A DNA stretch of 63,325 bases, counting the filler, from Octopus bimaculoides (taxonomy: Eukaryota): the NCBI RefSeq assembly GCF_001194135.2. It is 7 parts of 7 records of this genome, joined end to end, with 100 filler letters (N's around TTAATTAATTAA, not from the genome) between each part and the next. Parts side by side here need not be neighbours in the genome. Positions count along the whole stretch, not along the records: positions 34,979 to 43,931 come from NC_068998.1; positions 44,032 to 52,686 come from NC_068999.1; 5 more parts are not named here. One strand, written 5' to 3'. Below are positions 37,742-51,686 of the stretch, piece by piece. Position 1 is the first letter of the stretch. Each line of letters opens with the position of its first letter. The position numbers and the translations under genes were made by a program. A model generated the notes under the pieces. That model saw nothing but the letters and a program-made list of their open reading frames with translations, had not been told where the DNA came from and did not search any database.

Positions 37742-39000
37742 CGTAATATACTTCTTTCTTTCTTTCTTCTTCTTCTTCTTCTTCTTCTTCTTCTTCTTCT
37801 TCTTCTTCTTCTTCTTCTTCTTCTTCTTCTTTTCCTTCTTCTGCTTCTTCCTTTTCTTCTTCTTCTTCTTCTTCTTCTCCTCCTCCTTCTACTTCTACTT
37901 CTTCCTTTTCTCATTCTTTTCATTTTTCATTTCGTCTTTTCTTTTTCTTCATTATCGTCTTTTTCTTCATCTTCATCTTTCTTTTTTATTCTCTTCTTTT
38001 ACTTCTTCTCCTTCTTCTTCTTTTTCTTCTTCTTCTTCTTCATTTTCTCCAACATACCTTAGTTTCTTTTTCTTATTTCTATCTTCGTTTTTCCTTCGTT
38101 CTTCTTTACCTATTCTCTTTCTTCTTCACTTTTCAACGTTCTTCTAATTCCTTCATCTAATATATGGATTATTCCCTCAATCCCATTCCGTTTTTCTTCC
38201 AATTAAATCTTTTCTTTCTCTTTCCCCATTTTCAATCTTTTTCTTCTTCATCTTTTATGTTCTTCTTCATTCGTCTTTTAAAAACTTTTTTTCGTTCATT
38301 TAATATTTCCCCACTTCTCTATTTCTTTCGACATTTTTTCATTCCATTTTCATCCAAAATCTTTTTCTTCATATCCTCCTTCCCTACCTCTTCACTTCCA
38401 CTTTACATTCTGTTTTTCATTTCTTGGTTCTTTCATTTTTTTACCATTCCACCTTTTCTCAGTTCGTTGTACTTTTTTTCTTTACTTCTCTCTTTTTTCT
38501 TTTTTATCAATTAATTTTGCATTCCCCACCACTCTATTTTTTCTCCCTCTCTCTAAAGAATTCTTCTGTCACCAATTTCTTCATTTTCCTTTATTATTCG
38601 CCCCAACTTTACTATTTCAACTGTCTTGTCTCTCTATCTTTATCCTTCTTTTTTGCTCTCTTTTCTTCTCCCCTCTTTCTCTCTATTTCTTTACCTCTTC
38701 TCTCTCTCTTTCTTTCACACACACAGACACCAAACACACACTCTCTATTTTTCTCTCTCTCTCTTTCTCAATCTCTCTCTCACTGTATTTCTCATTCACT
38801 CTCTCTCTTTACTCTTACTACTATCTCTCATTCTTTTTCTCTCTCTGTCTCATTTCTCCCTCTTTCTCTCTCTCATTCTCCCTCTCTGAAATTTTTGTAT
38901 TCATTATCCATTATTCGTTACTCTTTACTCTTCTATATTTCTATCATTCAAACATTCATTTATTTGTGCCACACCCTTTTCTTCTTCCTTTTTTTTAACA
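37742..39000. repeat. ~1.25-kb polypyrimidine low-complexity tract ((TTC)n grading into (CT)n)
   Basis: Direct inspection: the + strand is overwhelmingly C/T. Confidence 0.85.
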
Positions 39001-39867
39001 GAAATTAGTACTATTCGTTTGCTGAAAACGGTGCCTTTGGATTTGATTCTACGGTTACAATACTGGCTATAGCATCTGTTAATTTCTTTCCATATCCGTT
39101 TTTAAAAGTATAGTTAGGTTCTCTGCGATAAAATAATATTATTCTTCTGTTATTGCAATCCTAGAATACAAAAGACATTACAAATGCAAAGAACCAACCG
39201 TTTTTACTATTTATCTCTTCAAAAGTTTTGTTTATTTTCTTTCCCCCCACCTCTTCCTCCTTTTTCATTTTCTTCGTTTGTCTTATTCCGTATTAATTTT
39301 CATTGACGCGTAGTTATTTTCGTTCATTTTTACGGGTTCCAGCCTTTCAGTTGTTGCCATGAAGGTTCATATGTCCTTATAATGACGAGATTAGCTCTTT
39401 GCCATTTATTCAGTTGTGGATATGTTAGGCATGCAGGAACATCATAATGTTTCGATGACCATTCACTTTGCCAGCCACTGTTGAACGAAAGACAGTAACA
39501 CACCATACATAACAGTTGTTATTGTCAGGAGGGGTTGGGATATAAATCACCCGTAACAGATAGAGAAACGAAAGAGCTACCAAGCAAGTCACCAAGTTAA
39601 ATGGTTAAGTGTGGTTCAAATTGTGGGAACATAACGAGTTGAAGAGCTTCAATGCATACCACACGAGTTTTAGGATCGATAAACATATAAGAACTCGGAC
39701 GAAGACGATCCACGTGTTGAGTATTGAGTCCCCACAATTAACTCCGGGAAATAGTAAATGAAATGAAGTGTAATAAATAAATATATACACATATATACGC
39801 AAACAAACGTATGTATATAGACACATTCATGTATACACACACACACATATGCACACACACACACATA

Positions 39868-39938
<71 letters not shown>

Positions 39939-40289
39939 NNNNNNNNNNNNNNNNNNNNNNNNNNNNNNNNNNNNNNNNNNNNNNNNNNNNNNNNNNNNNN
40001 NNNNNNNNNNNNNNNNNNNNNNNNNNNNNNNNNNNNNNNNNNNNNNNNNNNNNNNNNNNNNNNNNNNNNNNNNNNNNNNNNNNNNNNNNNNNNNNNNNNN
40101 NNNNNNNNNNNNNNNNNNNNNNNNNNNNNNNNNNNNNNNNNNNNNNNNNNNNNNNNNNNNNNNNNNNNNNNNNNNNNNNNNNNNNNNNNNNNNNNNNNNN
40201 NNNNNNNNNNNNNNNNNNNNNNNNNNNNNNNNNNNNNNNNNNNNNNNNNNNNNNNNNNNNNNNNNNNNNNNNNNNNNNNNNNNNNNNNN

Positions 40290-40660
40290 AAACTGTCGTC
40301 TAAATTACGCAAAAATGGAATTCACGCTGACATCTCATTTTAAGAGATATATTTACCAAAATTACATTAAAATATCTTGAAATACTAAAGAGTAAAATTT
40401 ATTCAATAAAATTTCCATTGGCTTCAACCACGGCCTCCACATGACTTTGGAATCTCCTGCAACCCCTCCAGACGCTCTTCTTGTTTAAGGCAGTGAATGC
40501 TACCATAATCCTTGCCTTCAGTTCATCTTTGATGCTACAAAGAGTTTTGTTGGTCTCTCGCTTAACTGTGTCCTACACATATTAGCCAAGGGGATTGCAG
40601 TCTGGGGAGTTAGGTGGCCAGGTGTTAGGGGTTATGTGGTTGCACTCTGTGTCACGCAGA
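40290..40660 (-). pseudogene. Tc1/mariner (maT/DD37D-like) transposase C-terminal fragment
   Basis: NHITPNTWPPNSPDCNPL..YV...VKRETNK..C..KDELKARIM.AF...CRRF.S..EAVVEANG.FIE*. Confidence 0.75.
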
Positions 40661-40770
40661 ATCTCCTCGAGAACTACGTTAAGGGTACACGTGTCTGTGG
40701 AATGCTCAGCCACTTGCACGTTAGCGGATCAACTGGAACCCTGGTCGTCGCAACCGACGGAATGCCACGA
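40660..40770 (+). mobile_element. SINE family C, 3' fragment
   Basis: Reverse complement of ~14283-14410 with an internal deletion. Confidence 0.7.
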
Positions 40771-41846
40771 ATACATATGCAGCATGCTCTTATATATAGA
40801 CAAATAAGCTAAATCAGTGAAAACAAAAGCATTCCCAGCTATGCACATTTCTACATACAAACACTCATGTATGTGTGTATATGTACTATGCAAGAATGTG
40901 TATGCGTGTGTGAGTGTGTGTGTGTGAATTTACATGTGTGCGTGTGTGTTTTGTGCATATATGTAAGTGTGTCTCTGCGTGTAGGGGTCGTTAATCGTGA
41001 CTCGAGATCGCCAAAACTGATTTATCATTCAAAGACAATTTTCTCTTGAGATTCTAATTGCAATTCTGCTCTTTCATTCTAATATCACTTTCTCTTTCTC
41101 ACTCCCATCATATATACATACACACACACACACACAGAGTTATATGTGTATNNNNNNNNNNNNNNNNNNNNNNNNNNNNNNNNNNNNNNNNNNNNNNNNN
41201 NNNNNNNNNNNNNNNNNNNNNNNNNNNNNNNNNNNNNNNNNNNNNNNNNNNNNNNNNNNNNNNNNNNNNNNNNNNNNNNNNNNNNNNNNNNNNNNNNNNN
41301 NNNNNNNNNNNNNNNNNNNNNNNNNNNNNNNNNNNNNNNNNNNNNNNNNNNNNNNNNNNNNNNNNNNNNNNNNNNNNNNNNNNNNNNNNNNNNNNNNNNN
41401 NNNNNNNNNNNNNNNNNNNNNNNNNNNNNNNNNNNNNNNNNNNNNNNNNNNNNNNNNNNNNNNNNNNNNNNNNNNNNNNNNNNNNNNNNNNNNNNNNNNN
41501 NNNNNNNNNNNNNNNNNNNNNNNNNNNNNNNNNNNNNNNNNNNNNNNNNNNNNNNNNNNNNNNNNNNNNNNNNNNNNNNNNNNNNNNNNNNNNNNNNNNN
41601 NNNNNNNNNNNNNNNNNNNNNNNNNNNNNNNNNNNNNNNNNNNNNNNNNNNNNNNNNNNNNNNNNNNNNNNNNNNNNNNNNNNNNNNNNNNNNNNNNNNN
41701 NNNNNNNNNNNNNNNNNNNNNNNNNNNNNNNNNNNNNNNNNNNNNNNNNNNNNNNNNNNNNNNNNNNNNNNNNNNNNNNNNNNNNNNNNNNNNNNNNNNN
41801 NNNNNNNNNNNNNNNNNNNNNNNNNNNNNNNNNNNNNNNNNNNNNN

Positions 41847-41904
<58 letters not shown>

Positions 41905-42559
41905 GTGTGTGTGTGTGTGTGTTGGCTGGTTTGCTGGTTGTCAGTCACTCTGTCGGTCACATTGTCTAACTATACATCTTTTATGTACTACTTTTATCAT
42001 TGTCTCCATCTCTGCGTACACATGCACACACATATACATAAATAATTATACATACAAATGTCTATATAAGTGTACACATACATTCAGAAGCACAGAGACG
42101 AACACACATTATCTACTTCATTCTCTCATCCACTTTCTCCCTCCCACAGATATATTCCCACAGACTCTCTTCATATAATGCCACCTCCCCTGTACTCTGC
42201 TCCCCATTTTTGTCTTTCTTAAAAATTCACATTGGAATTAAATCGCTAAACAAAACATGGCGGCCATCGTGTTTGAATTCTCTCCCCCGAGTAGGAGCTC
42301 TTCAGTAGAAATACGGAGACAGGCCGTTAATCTTCAGCAAACATTGTACAGCGTCTGTGATTATATATGGCAAGTGAAACCTTGTTAGATGTGAATATAT
42401 TCCATGGAGGAATTTCATGCAAGGTTCCTTGGGGTCGAACAAAACACAGTATTCTATGTTTTATGTATTTTAGACAAAAGCAATGAAGGGAGATTCCCAG
42501 ATGTCTCCTAATCTCATTATTCTTGTTTCTTCTACAAAATGAAGAAATTTACTAATTGT

Positions 42560-42611
<52 letters not shown>

Positions 42612-43088
42612 NNNNNNNNNNNNNNNNNNNNNNNNNNNNNNNNNNNNNNNNNNNNNNNNNNNNNNNNNNNNNNNNNNNNNNNNNNNNNNNNNNNNNNNNN
42701 NNNNNNNNNNNNNNNNNNNNNNNNNNNNNNNNNNNNNNNNNNNNNNNNNNNNNNNNNNNNNNNNNNNNNNNNNNNNNNNNNNNNNNNNNNNNNNNNNNNN
42801 NNNNNNNNNNNNNNNNNNNNNNNNNNNNNNNNNNNNNNNNNNNNNNNNNNNNNNNNNNNNNNNNNNNNNNNNNNNNNNNNNNNNNNNNNNNNNNNNNNNN
42901 NNNNNNNNNNNNNNNNNNNNNNNNNNNNNNNNNNNNNNNNNNNNNNNNNNNNNNNNNNNNNNNNNNNNNNNNNNNNNNNNNNNNNNNNNNNNNNNNNNNN
43001 NNNNNNNNNNNNNNNNNNNNNNNNNNNNNNNNNNNNNNNNNNNNNNNNNNNNNNNNNNNNNNNNNNNNNNNNNNNNNNNNNNNNNNNN

Positions 43089-43141
<53 letters not shown>

Positions 43142-43149
43142 TATATATA

Positions 43150-43290
43150 CATATATATACCAAATCCAATCACAAGACTTTTGGTCGCCAAGTGTTAGGC
43201 TATGGTAAAAGACACCTGCCCACGGACCCACGCAATGGGACTGAACCCAAGACCACATTATTTGCTAGCAGCTCCTTAACCACACTGTCA
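43150..43290 (-). mobile_element. SINE family B, 5' half, diverged
   Basis: CAAATCCAATCACAAG...GACACCTGCCC...GGGACTGAACCC. Confidence 0.6.
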
Positions 43291-43808
43291 CCTACAATGT
43301 CCCTCTATCTACATGCGTATAAATATCTGATGTATATACATGTATGTGTGTCTATGTGTGTATACATATACACTATATATACCAAATATATAAAAAACAT
43401 AATATTTATATATATATATTTACACATACACACATAAACACACATGCACACATACATGCATACACACACACAAACACGTCAATGCATGTGTGTAGGAATG
43501 TGTGAATAATCTATGATTGATCCTGAATTTATTAATTCTTCAGAGAGAACCAACCATTTCTATTTCAATTTAATCATTTACAAAAATAATTCCATCTGCG
43601 ATAAATCCCCTAGAATAGCGAAATCCCTAAATAATATGTATTTAATTATCAAGTGTATTTAATTTTAAAATTATTTATATATAATTATTTCACCATCCAT
43701 TAGTTTCCAGCTAACAAAGAACCAGTTTTCTGTCAGATCAGAGAAATATTTCTATTTATTTCACAATTTGCGACCAATTTTGTTAAGTTACGAAGCAATT
43801 ACGTTAGA

Positions 43809-43854
<46 letters not shown>

Positions 43855-44031
43855 GTGTATGTTTGTGTGTGTGTCCAATCTCTGTATTTGCCTATATACA
43901 TATTGCAATATGTATCTGTGTATCCATATATNNNNNNNNNNNNNNNNNNNNNNNNNNNNNNNNNNNNNNNNNNNNTTAATTAATTAANNNNNNNNNNNNN
44001 NNNNNNNNNNNNNNNNNNNNNNNNNNNNNNN

Positions 44032-44108
44032 CCTCGACTAAAGGTGGTGCTCCAGCATGGCCGCAGTCAAATGACTGAAACAAGTAAAAGAGTAAAAGAG
44101 TAAAAGAG
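44032..44108 (+). mobile_element. SINE family B, 3' end
   Basis: CTAAAGGTGGTGCTCCAGCATGGCCGCAGTCAAATGACTGAAACAA(GTAAAAGA)x3. Confidence 0.75.
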
Positions 44109-44972
44109 ATATATTTTCTTTTGGGTTCTTTGCTCCGTTATGCAAAACTTAATAGGAAATGTTAAAACTTAGGTGATGTCTGACCTTGAAGCATTGTAAT
44201 ATGAGAAAATGCCTTCCAAAAACAAAAAGCCTTTGTCACTCTTTGAATCTCATATTCATTATGAATATATTGCTGGGAGAGTGAGACAGGTCTCGCGCAA
44301 GGCATTTTGTCACTTTAAAACTTTGAGGCACCGGCATCGCCTGTTCTCTTATTATCTTTATTATATGTGGCCGTAGCTGAGGAAAAAAATATCCATGATG
44401 AAATAACGGTATATATCACAGAAGATCGTAAACTTTTTGAAAACCAGCTACAAAATACGCCCAGCATTGGAAAGGGTTTCCGTTGGAGACCCTGCAAGTC
44501 GAAACATAAAACCTCTCAAAGGACAGATTTTCTCAGAGTAAATGACCATCCATCCAACAAGAAAAAGTCAGAACGTAAATAACCATCTAACAAGGATAAG
44601 TCAGAGACTACAAATTTTTAAATACATACATGCATATATACTTATTTATTTGAATAGCAATGTACATATTTTGGCATATATTTAAAATAAAATTATAATG
44701 TCTGTGTGTCACTGACCTAGAAATCAGTATCATTCTAAGCACGTCCCGGTAATGAAGTTATTAAAAATGTTATTTGTGTATTTACTCCTTTACCGTAATA
44801 CTTTACTGAGTTTAATGCAGTAACAACCACAAACTCTTAGTTTTGAATTTCCAATTACTTATATAAATCCCGTTGTACTAATACACGTGTTCATGTATAC
44901 ATGTAGCAATATATGCATATATACACATGTGTGTGTATATATTTGTATATAACTCCCCTCCTTATCTCTCAC

Positions 44973-45021
<49 letters not shown>

Positions 45022-45574
45022 AATATACATACAGGCAATGTACATACACACATATACACACATACACAAACACGCACATTCATATATATTGCTGCTAAAT
45101 ATTTTGCAGGAGTTTCCATGTTGTAATCCCGTAATAATAATAATGTTCACCAGCTTCTTGTTCTTTCAACAGACAGGTCAAATTTTAGCATTATTACAAA
45201 GATTTTGATCTAATACTACAAAATGAATCAGACGTGACGAAAAAATATATAAGATTTTAATCCGATCTGACGAAATGCAATAAATATTCGTGTAGTGAAA
45301 TATTATTAATAAAGTAAAGAAATTAAGTAAACTAATAATTGTATAAATATAATAGGAAGACGCATGCGCATGCAGAGTTATAGATTGACATTTTTGGCTG
45401 TATAAACCCATATACGTAAGATTTAAGGGATTAACACGCAAAATTCCCGACAGCTAAGGTAAATGTTAGTATGTCTCGTTTCAAATTAAGCTGGATAAAT
45501 TCGTCGAGTGTTACTCAAAAGAAATGATGCTTGATTTAAAAAGAAAATTATTAAAACATTAATAATATGTATTT

Positions 45575-45625
<51 letters not shown>

Positions 45626-45707
45626 NNNNNNNNNNNNNNNNNNNNNNNNNNNNNNNNNNNNNNNNNNNNNNNNNNNNNNNNNNNNNNNNNNNNNNNNNNN
45701 NNNNNNN

Positions 45708-45741
<34 letters not shown>

Positions 45742-46270
45742 GTTATATGAACAAACATGTAATTAACACGAAGAAAATAAAAAATTTAGTCTATGGAGCG
45801 GAGTACAAGCCACTTCCACACACAGGTTCTATCTAGAAGTTTCCATGCAGAACATTTTCACCTTCCACTCTAACTAACTACCGATATAATCCTAAACAAC
45901 CAATGTATATTCCAAGGCCACTTGTTATCCAATCCCTCTTATTTTTTTCAATCAGTAACGTATTGCTTTCCTATTTTCGGTTTTGTATCAGATCATGTAG
46001 ACTATAGTTAGCCCTTCGCTCACTAGTAAAACATATGCATTCAAAATAGTATTGCGCTTTTGCTAGGGTTTCCTGTCACATACTTTCCTTTCGGTTCATT
46101 CATATTTGTGTACCCGCTTCCTTCTTTCAGCACATGTCTCCGAGAATCATATCTCCATTACTCCAAAACAATCGGGTGGAACTCCTTCATATAGACTGTG
46201 ACTATACTGAACGAAGAGATTCTCACTTCACCTAACTCATCGCCCAACGGTTCCGTTGAAAACGGAGAGA

Positions 46271-46480
46271 TTACGAAAGGAGGCTGAAAATTTCCTGGTT
46301 TTGGGTGAAAGAAAATAAAGGAGGTTCGGATAATTATGATTTTATTCAATATATTTCCCTCTCAGAGTCACACACTTATTGCAGCCGTCCTTCAGTTTTC
46401 CAAAGCCCTGTAAAAGAACTCGGAAAGTTTGGCCTCCTAACATGCCTTTCATGATACCCGTAAAACCCCTCGCAATTCTC
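46271..46480. mobile_element. Mariner-derived MITE (same family as 10282, opposite orientation)
   Basis: TACGAAAGGAGGCTGAAAATTTCCTGG end; the body is the reverse complement of ~10330-10470. Confidence 0.6.
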
Positions 46481-47827
46481 TCTGCTTCGCCCGGCCTGCC
46501 CTTGTGCCTGCCTTCGTTGGTGCGGAGAAAGAGTGATAGCTGTGGTCATAGTTTTCAGATCAGTGGTTTCAGCACCTCTATGTACGCTTATCATTCCTTA
46601 TTCTTATTTACTCATTCCTCTTCTACGACGAAGGTCCCTAGGTGCACTTAACTCGGCATATTCTTCCACATTACTTCATTGAATGATGAAAATTATATTC
46701 TACCAAACATCAGCTAAGTCTCACAATGATTCTTTTTTAAGTGTTTATATACATAAATCACCTGTCTTATTTCACTTTTACAGTTATTAGCACATTTCAC
46801 CTCGGTAAACACTTTCTAAAACGAAACATTGACCAGCTTCTTAAGACTAGCATCATTTGCAAAAGTTGAAATGATGATTTTGGGATAACGTTGTGGTTAT
46901 TCTTCCGAATTTAATTTTAAATTAATATTTACAACACGATTCTCCTTTGTGTCTTCTAGTATGCATCTATAGGTGTTTATGCCTGGAGCACTGTCTAGCT
47001 ATTTATTCGTTGCATTGTCTGTTTAGTTTAAAATTTGCTTTCATGTTTGAAAATAATTAGAAGATAAATTTGGTTACAGGATTGACGCTACAGTTACCAG
47101 AACAGGGGGAAGCAACTCTTTCTGCTCCTTCCAATGAGATTGTAACACGAGTGAATATGAATTATATAAATCTACAGAAAAACTTTTACTGCCGATAGAG
47201 TAACGTAAATATGTCTCACCAAATACATTTTTAATGCAAGAATAATAGGCGGGGGGGGGGCGGAAAATATTCCAAGGAATACTGATGGTAAGAATGTACA
47301 TTCTTCAATTTTCTATTCAAATATTCTTGAAAGGAATCATCTAAGTCAAGCCTAAAACTTGGTAGCAGGTGTTGAGTCGATATCTTCAATCTAATTCTTT
47401 GACTGATGGTTATTTTTATCAACTCCGAAGAACCAGAGCCAAATTTGAAATTGGTGGTATTTGAACGTAAAGAGCTGAAGAATATAATACAAGCATTTTG
47501 TCCGTGACTCTAAAGATTCTTCTAGAATTATGATAATGGCTACTAAAGTTGAAGCACGGCCTGCAAGGTCTGGGGACTGGCTTATACGCTAGCACCGACC
47601 CTCGTGCTCCATGGATACGTTATATCATAGATTCGAAAGAATAAAAGGGAAGCAAAACTTGAAAGTGTCCCAAATCAGATAAAAATTAAAATTACAAAAA
47701 AGGGAGAAATACCGTTAGGTGTTTCGTTCTAAACACTAACGATTCTAACATGAGGATGACGATGAAGATGACAACGTCGCTACTACTGCTGTTGTTGTTG
47801 TTGGTGGTGATGATGATGATGGTAATG

Positions 47828-47890
<63 letters not shown>

Positions 47891-48216
47891 TTGATGAAAA
47901 CCCCGATTTTCGAGGAAAATGATAATTTCAGCATCTACTTGGACGGTGGTGGTTATTATAATGACGAAAATGTGTTGCAGGAAGTCAAATTAGAAGATAG
48001 AGGACAAATGTTGCATCAGTTACATGCAGAGGAGGTCGGGGGTGGGGGACGACTGAGAATTGTTCAGAAATCGCATTACCTAGGCGCATATATATACACA
48101 CAGCACTAGACTCCTAACCAATGTTGTAACATCGCACTCTCTCTCCTCTCTTTCCCACAAAACCGCTCTCTCTTACTCTCTCTACCCGTATATACACATT
48201 CACACACACATACATG

Positions 48217-48286
<70 letters not shown>

Positions 48287-48644
48287 NNNNNNNNNNNNNN
48301 NNNNNNNNNNNNNNNNNNNNNNNNNNNNNNNNNNNNNNNNNNNNNNNNNNNNNNNNNNNNNNNNNNNNNNNNNNNNNNNNNNNNNNNNNNNNNNNNNNNN
48401 NNNNNNNNNNNNNNNNNNNNNNNNNNNNNNNNNNNNNNNNNNNNNNNNNNNNNNNNNNNNNNNNNNNNNNNNNNNNTTATTGTGATTTTTTAAATAAATT
48501 TCTCCGTTTTATTTTGTTTTGATCTTCCATATATTTCTTATACACATTCGTTTACATTGATTTATTTGTATATATATATATATATTTTTGCTTCATCTCA
48601 TATATTACAATCCATCTCTTTCTCAGAGTGTCTCTTTCTGTCTC

Positions 48645-48681
<37 letters not shown>

Positions 48682-48785
48682 ATCAATATGTATCTGACTA
48701 CACCCCTTATATTTCGCATTTTCTCTCTCTCTTCCTTTCTTTCTTTCTCTGACTCTCTATCCCTCTATTCCTCACACACACACTC

Positions 48786-48831
<46 letters not shown>

Positions 48832-49105
48832 TCATATGTATGTAGGTTTGTATTTATGATGCGTGTATGTTTATGTGTAATTATGTGTGTGTTTGTGTGT
48901 GTGTGTGTGTGTATACACATGTATTCAGCTAAACATTCTTTGATGCTTTCGTCACGTTTTCGTAACTAGGCGTTTTGCTATATTAACGGAAGCTGCATCT
49001 AATAATATTTTTTTTTTACCATTCAATAATCACAACAATAGCTGCTGCTGCTTGTACTACTACTAATACTAGAGCTGCTGCTTGTTAAGTATAATAATAA
49101 TAATG

Positions 49106-49204
<99 letters not shown>

Positions 49205-49224
49205 GATTCAGATATTGGGAGAGT

Positions 49225-49360
49225 GGTGCCAGCAATTGCGGGAAGGTGGGCGCTAGTCGATTATATTGATCCTAGTATGCAACTGGTACTTTATTTTATC
49301 GACTCTAGAAGCATCAAAGGTAAAGTTGACCTCAGCTGAATTTGAACTCAGATCGTAAAG
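49225..49360 (-). mobile_element. SINE family D fragment (Deu/Nin-like domain)
   Basis: Diverged match to 54400-54520. Confidence 0.5.
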
Positions 49361-49549
49361 AAGATTAGAAGAGGAAGAATAAAGAAAGAAATATTGTCAC
49401 TTTAGTTTATAGAAGGGCTAGAGACTTACAATAAAATATGTTATCTGTTAAAAGGGATCTTTATTCATATGTGCCGTTGAGGACAGGCAATTTTGTCGGG
49501 TAGAAATAAACATTATTTTCACAATTTATATAGAGACACATATTATTTA

Positions 49550-49970
49550 CTCTTTTACTATTTTACTCTTTTATTTGTTTCAGTCATTTTTGACTGCGGC
49601 CTTGCTGGAGCACAGCCTTTAGTCGATAAAATCGACCCAGGACTTATTCTTTGTAAGCCTAGTACTTATTCTATCGGCCTCTTTTGCCGAACCGCTAAGT
49701 TACGGGGACGTAAGCATACCAGCATCGTTTGTCAAGCGATGTTGGGGGGAGGACAAACACAGACACACAAGCATATACACACACTTACATATGTATATAC
49801 ATATATACGACGGGATTCTTTCAGTTTCCGTCTATCAAATCCATTCACAAGGCTATGGTGGGCCCGAAGCTATAGTAGAAGACACTTGCCCAAGGTGTCA
49901 CGCAGTGGGACTGAACCTGGAACCATATGGTTGTTAAGCAAGCTACTTACCACACAGCCACTCCTGCGCT
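49550..49970 (-). mobile_element. SINE family B, full length
   Basis: High similarity to 13352-13753. Confidence 0.85.
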
Positions 49971-50321
49971 TATTAAAAATATATACAAATGATTGCATGG
50001 AATAAATACAGAATGTAATGAAACACATAATAAATGAAATTTGGTTTCTCAAAATAGGCTACACTTATCTCTAAATGGCGCGTAAAAATTTTTAGGGCAA
50101 TACGTAGTCATTACGATCACTGAAATCTTTAAGTAATCACAATTTGTTTAACGCAGGTTGTGCGGCCACAAACATATATGACTAGCTTTATGCTTCTCGA
50201 TCTACATATCATCGCAAACAAAACTTTTGACTGTTAATACAGGTAACATCGTCCAAAGCCCTCAATTGCGTACGATAGTTGGTTGTGCACCTCCAAAACT
50301 GTCAAGTATTCATTCGCAAGT

Positions 50322-50949
50322 TTTGAGGGTGAGCAGACAACTTTATTAACTGACTATGAAGGAGTGATACTTGAGGGGTGAAATCTCGCATGCATTGATT
50401 TCAATTTTTTTTCCTTAATAACAGCATTGTTTATTCTCAGGTAAACTGATATCTGACTATTCAAACAAGACTTCAAATGTAACTAGTAGCGATTTCTATT
50501 GAAAATTGACAAAATCTGGTATTGTACTTGTGTCAAGTACCTGCACAAAATGGGTTCAGCTCCTAAGGACATTCATACTGACATTGGTCGCTACATTAGC
50601 ACGCAAATGCTTTGTTCAAGTGGCTGCTGTGCGAACTACTTTGAACTGATCGGTCACTTTACCCATTCTCTTTATTTGGCTCCAACAGGTACACGTCAGG
50701 TACCCTAACATGTAAAAACACATAGCTGGGAACCAGTATCGCAATGACAATGACTTCATATCTGCTTGTTGATGACTAGTTTCACAAACAGAATGAAAGC
50801 TTCTTTCACGAATGGAAACTAAGCACCGCAACACTGATGGAAGGAATGTATGGACAGCAAGGGAAATTTTGTTGAAACATAATTCTCATTTAGTCACATT
50901 CCATAGGAGTATCTTGGTCAGCCTATGAAGTCTTCAGCTGACCCTCGTA
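50322..50949 (+). mobile_element. Internally deleted mariner element with both ends
   Basis: 3' TIR ...GCCTATGAAGTCTTCAGCTGACCCTCGTA and a degenerate 5' TIR. The N-terminus (DKIWY...KYLHKMG.APKDIH) is joined to the C-terminus (H..YS..LAP...N..KH.AG..YRND...WK.C....G.FVE). Confidence 0.7.
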
Positions 50950-51189
50950 GAAAGAACAAAATTAATCAATCTCTTTGAAATTCTAATATTAAATAAAATG
51001 AATCTAATTTTATATACAAGAGCAGACATTTTGTCATTCACTCTAGACTGATAGTAGGCACCAGAAAGCAGTGCGATTTCAACTACATGAAATAAATTAA
51101 ATTAAATCACTAAATAAAATTACATGTATATTGTAAGTTTTATGTTATCCAATCATTTTACATTATATCCTTCACAGAAACTTTTAGGA

Positions 51190-51580
51190 CGTAATGCGGT
51201 CTACCTTTGAAGAAAGTCAGGTTCAATTTCAAAGAAAGGCAAAGTGGGAAATACAAAAACCAAATTTAATCCCAAACAGATATACTCTGCGACCAAATGC
51301 GTCTCCTTCAAACATTAAAATCTTGCAAGGAATTGTACCAAACAGGAGCACGTGGTGACACTACAAAGTGCCAAGATCTCAACATTGCCATCACAACAGA
51401 GGATCAGATATTGAAACCACATGGCTCTCTAGTATCCTTCAAAAAATCCTGACAGACCTATATAGGGTGGATAAAGGTGATTTCAAGACAAAGCTGGATG
51501 TCCTGTCAGTACTTCTGGATGAATCTACATACGGCAAGAAACGCAGATGCGAGCAGTAACATTAAAATCATTCATTCAAG
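51190..51580 (+). pseudogene. CR1-like LINE 3' fragment
   Basis: ...HCKVP...L.DLYRVDK.DFKTKLD..LS..LDE.T, resembling a CR1-type C-terminus. Confidence 0.5.
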
Positions 51581-51640
51581 AAATGCCATATATCAATAGT
51601 GGTTTCTCGAAGTGAAAATGTTGCAAAGCAGAAACTAGTA

Positions 51641-51686
<46 letters not shown>

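Noticed and set aside
37252-37923. 223-aa minus-strand ORF with poly-Arg and poly-Ser
   Set aside because: It is driven by (GAA)n, (CAG)n and (TA)n repeats; the unique middle part has no recognisable domain.
42251-42270. AACATGGCGGCC (YY1-like motif or start codon); a similar motif lies at ~63290
   Set aside because: A single short motif followed by a 44-codon ORF, with no supporting promoter or exon structure.
44315-44582. Overlapping 60-71 aa ORFs on both strands, one with a TM-like stretch
   Set aside because: They are short, have no recognisable motif, and several frames are equally plausible.
47750-48109. 119-aa ORF with a protein-like C-terminal half
   Set aside because: The first half is a (GAT)n microsatellite; no homology or convincing splice context.
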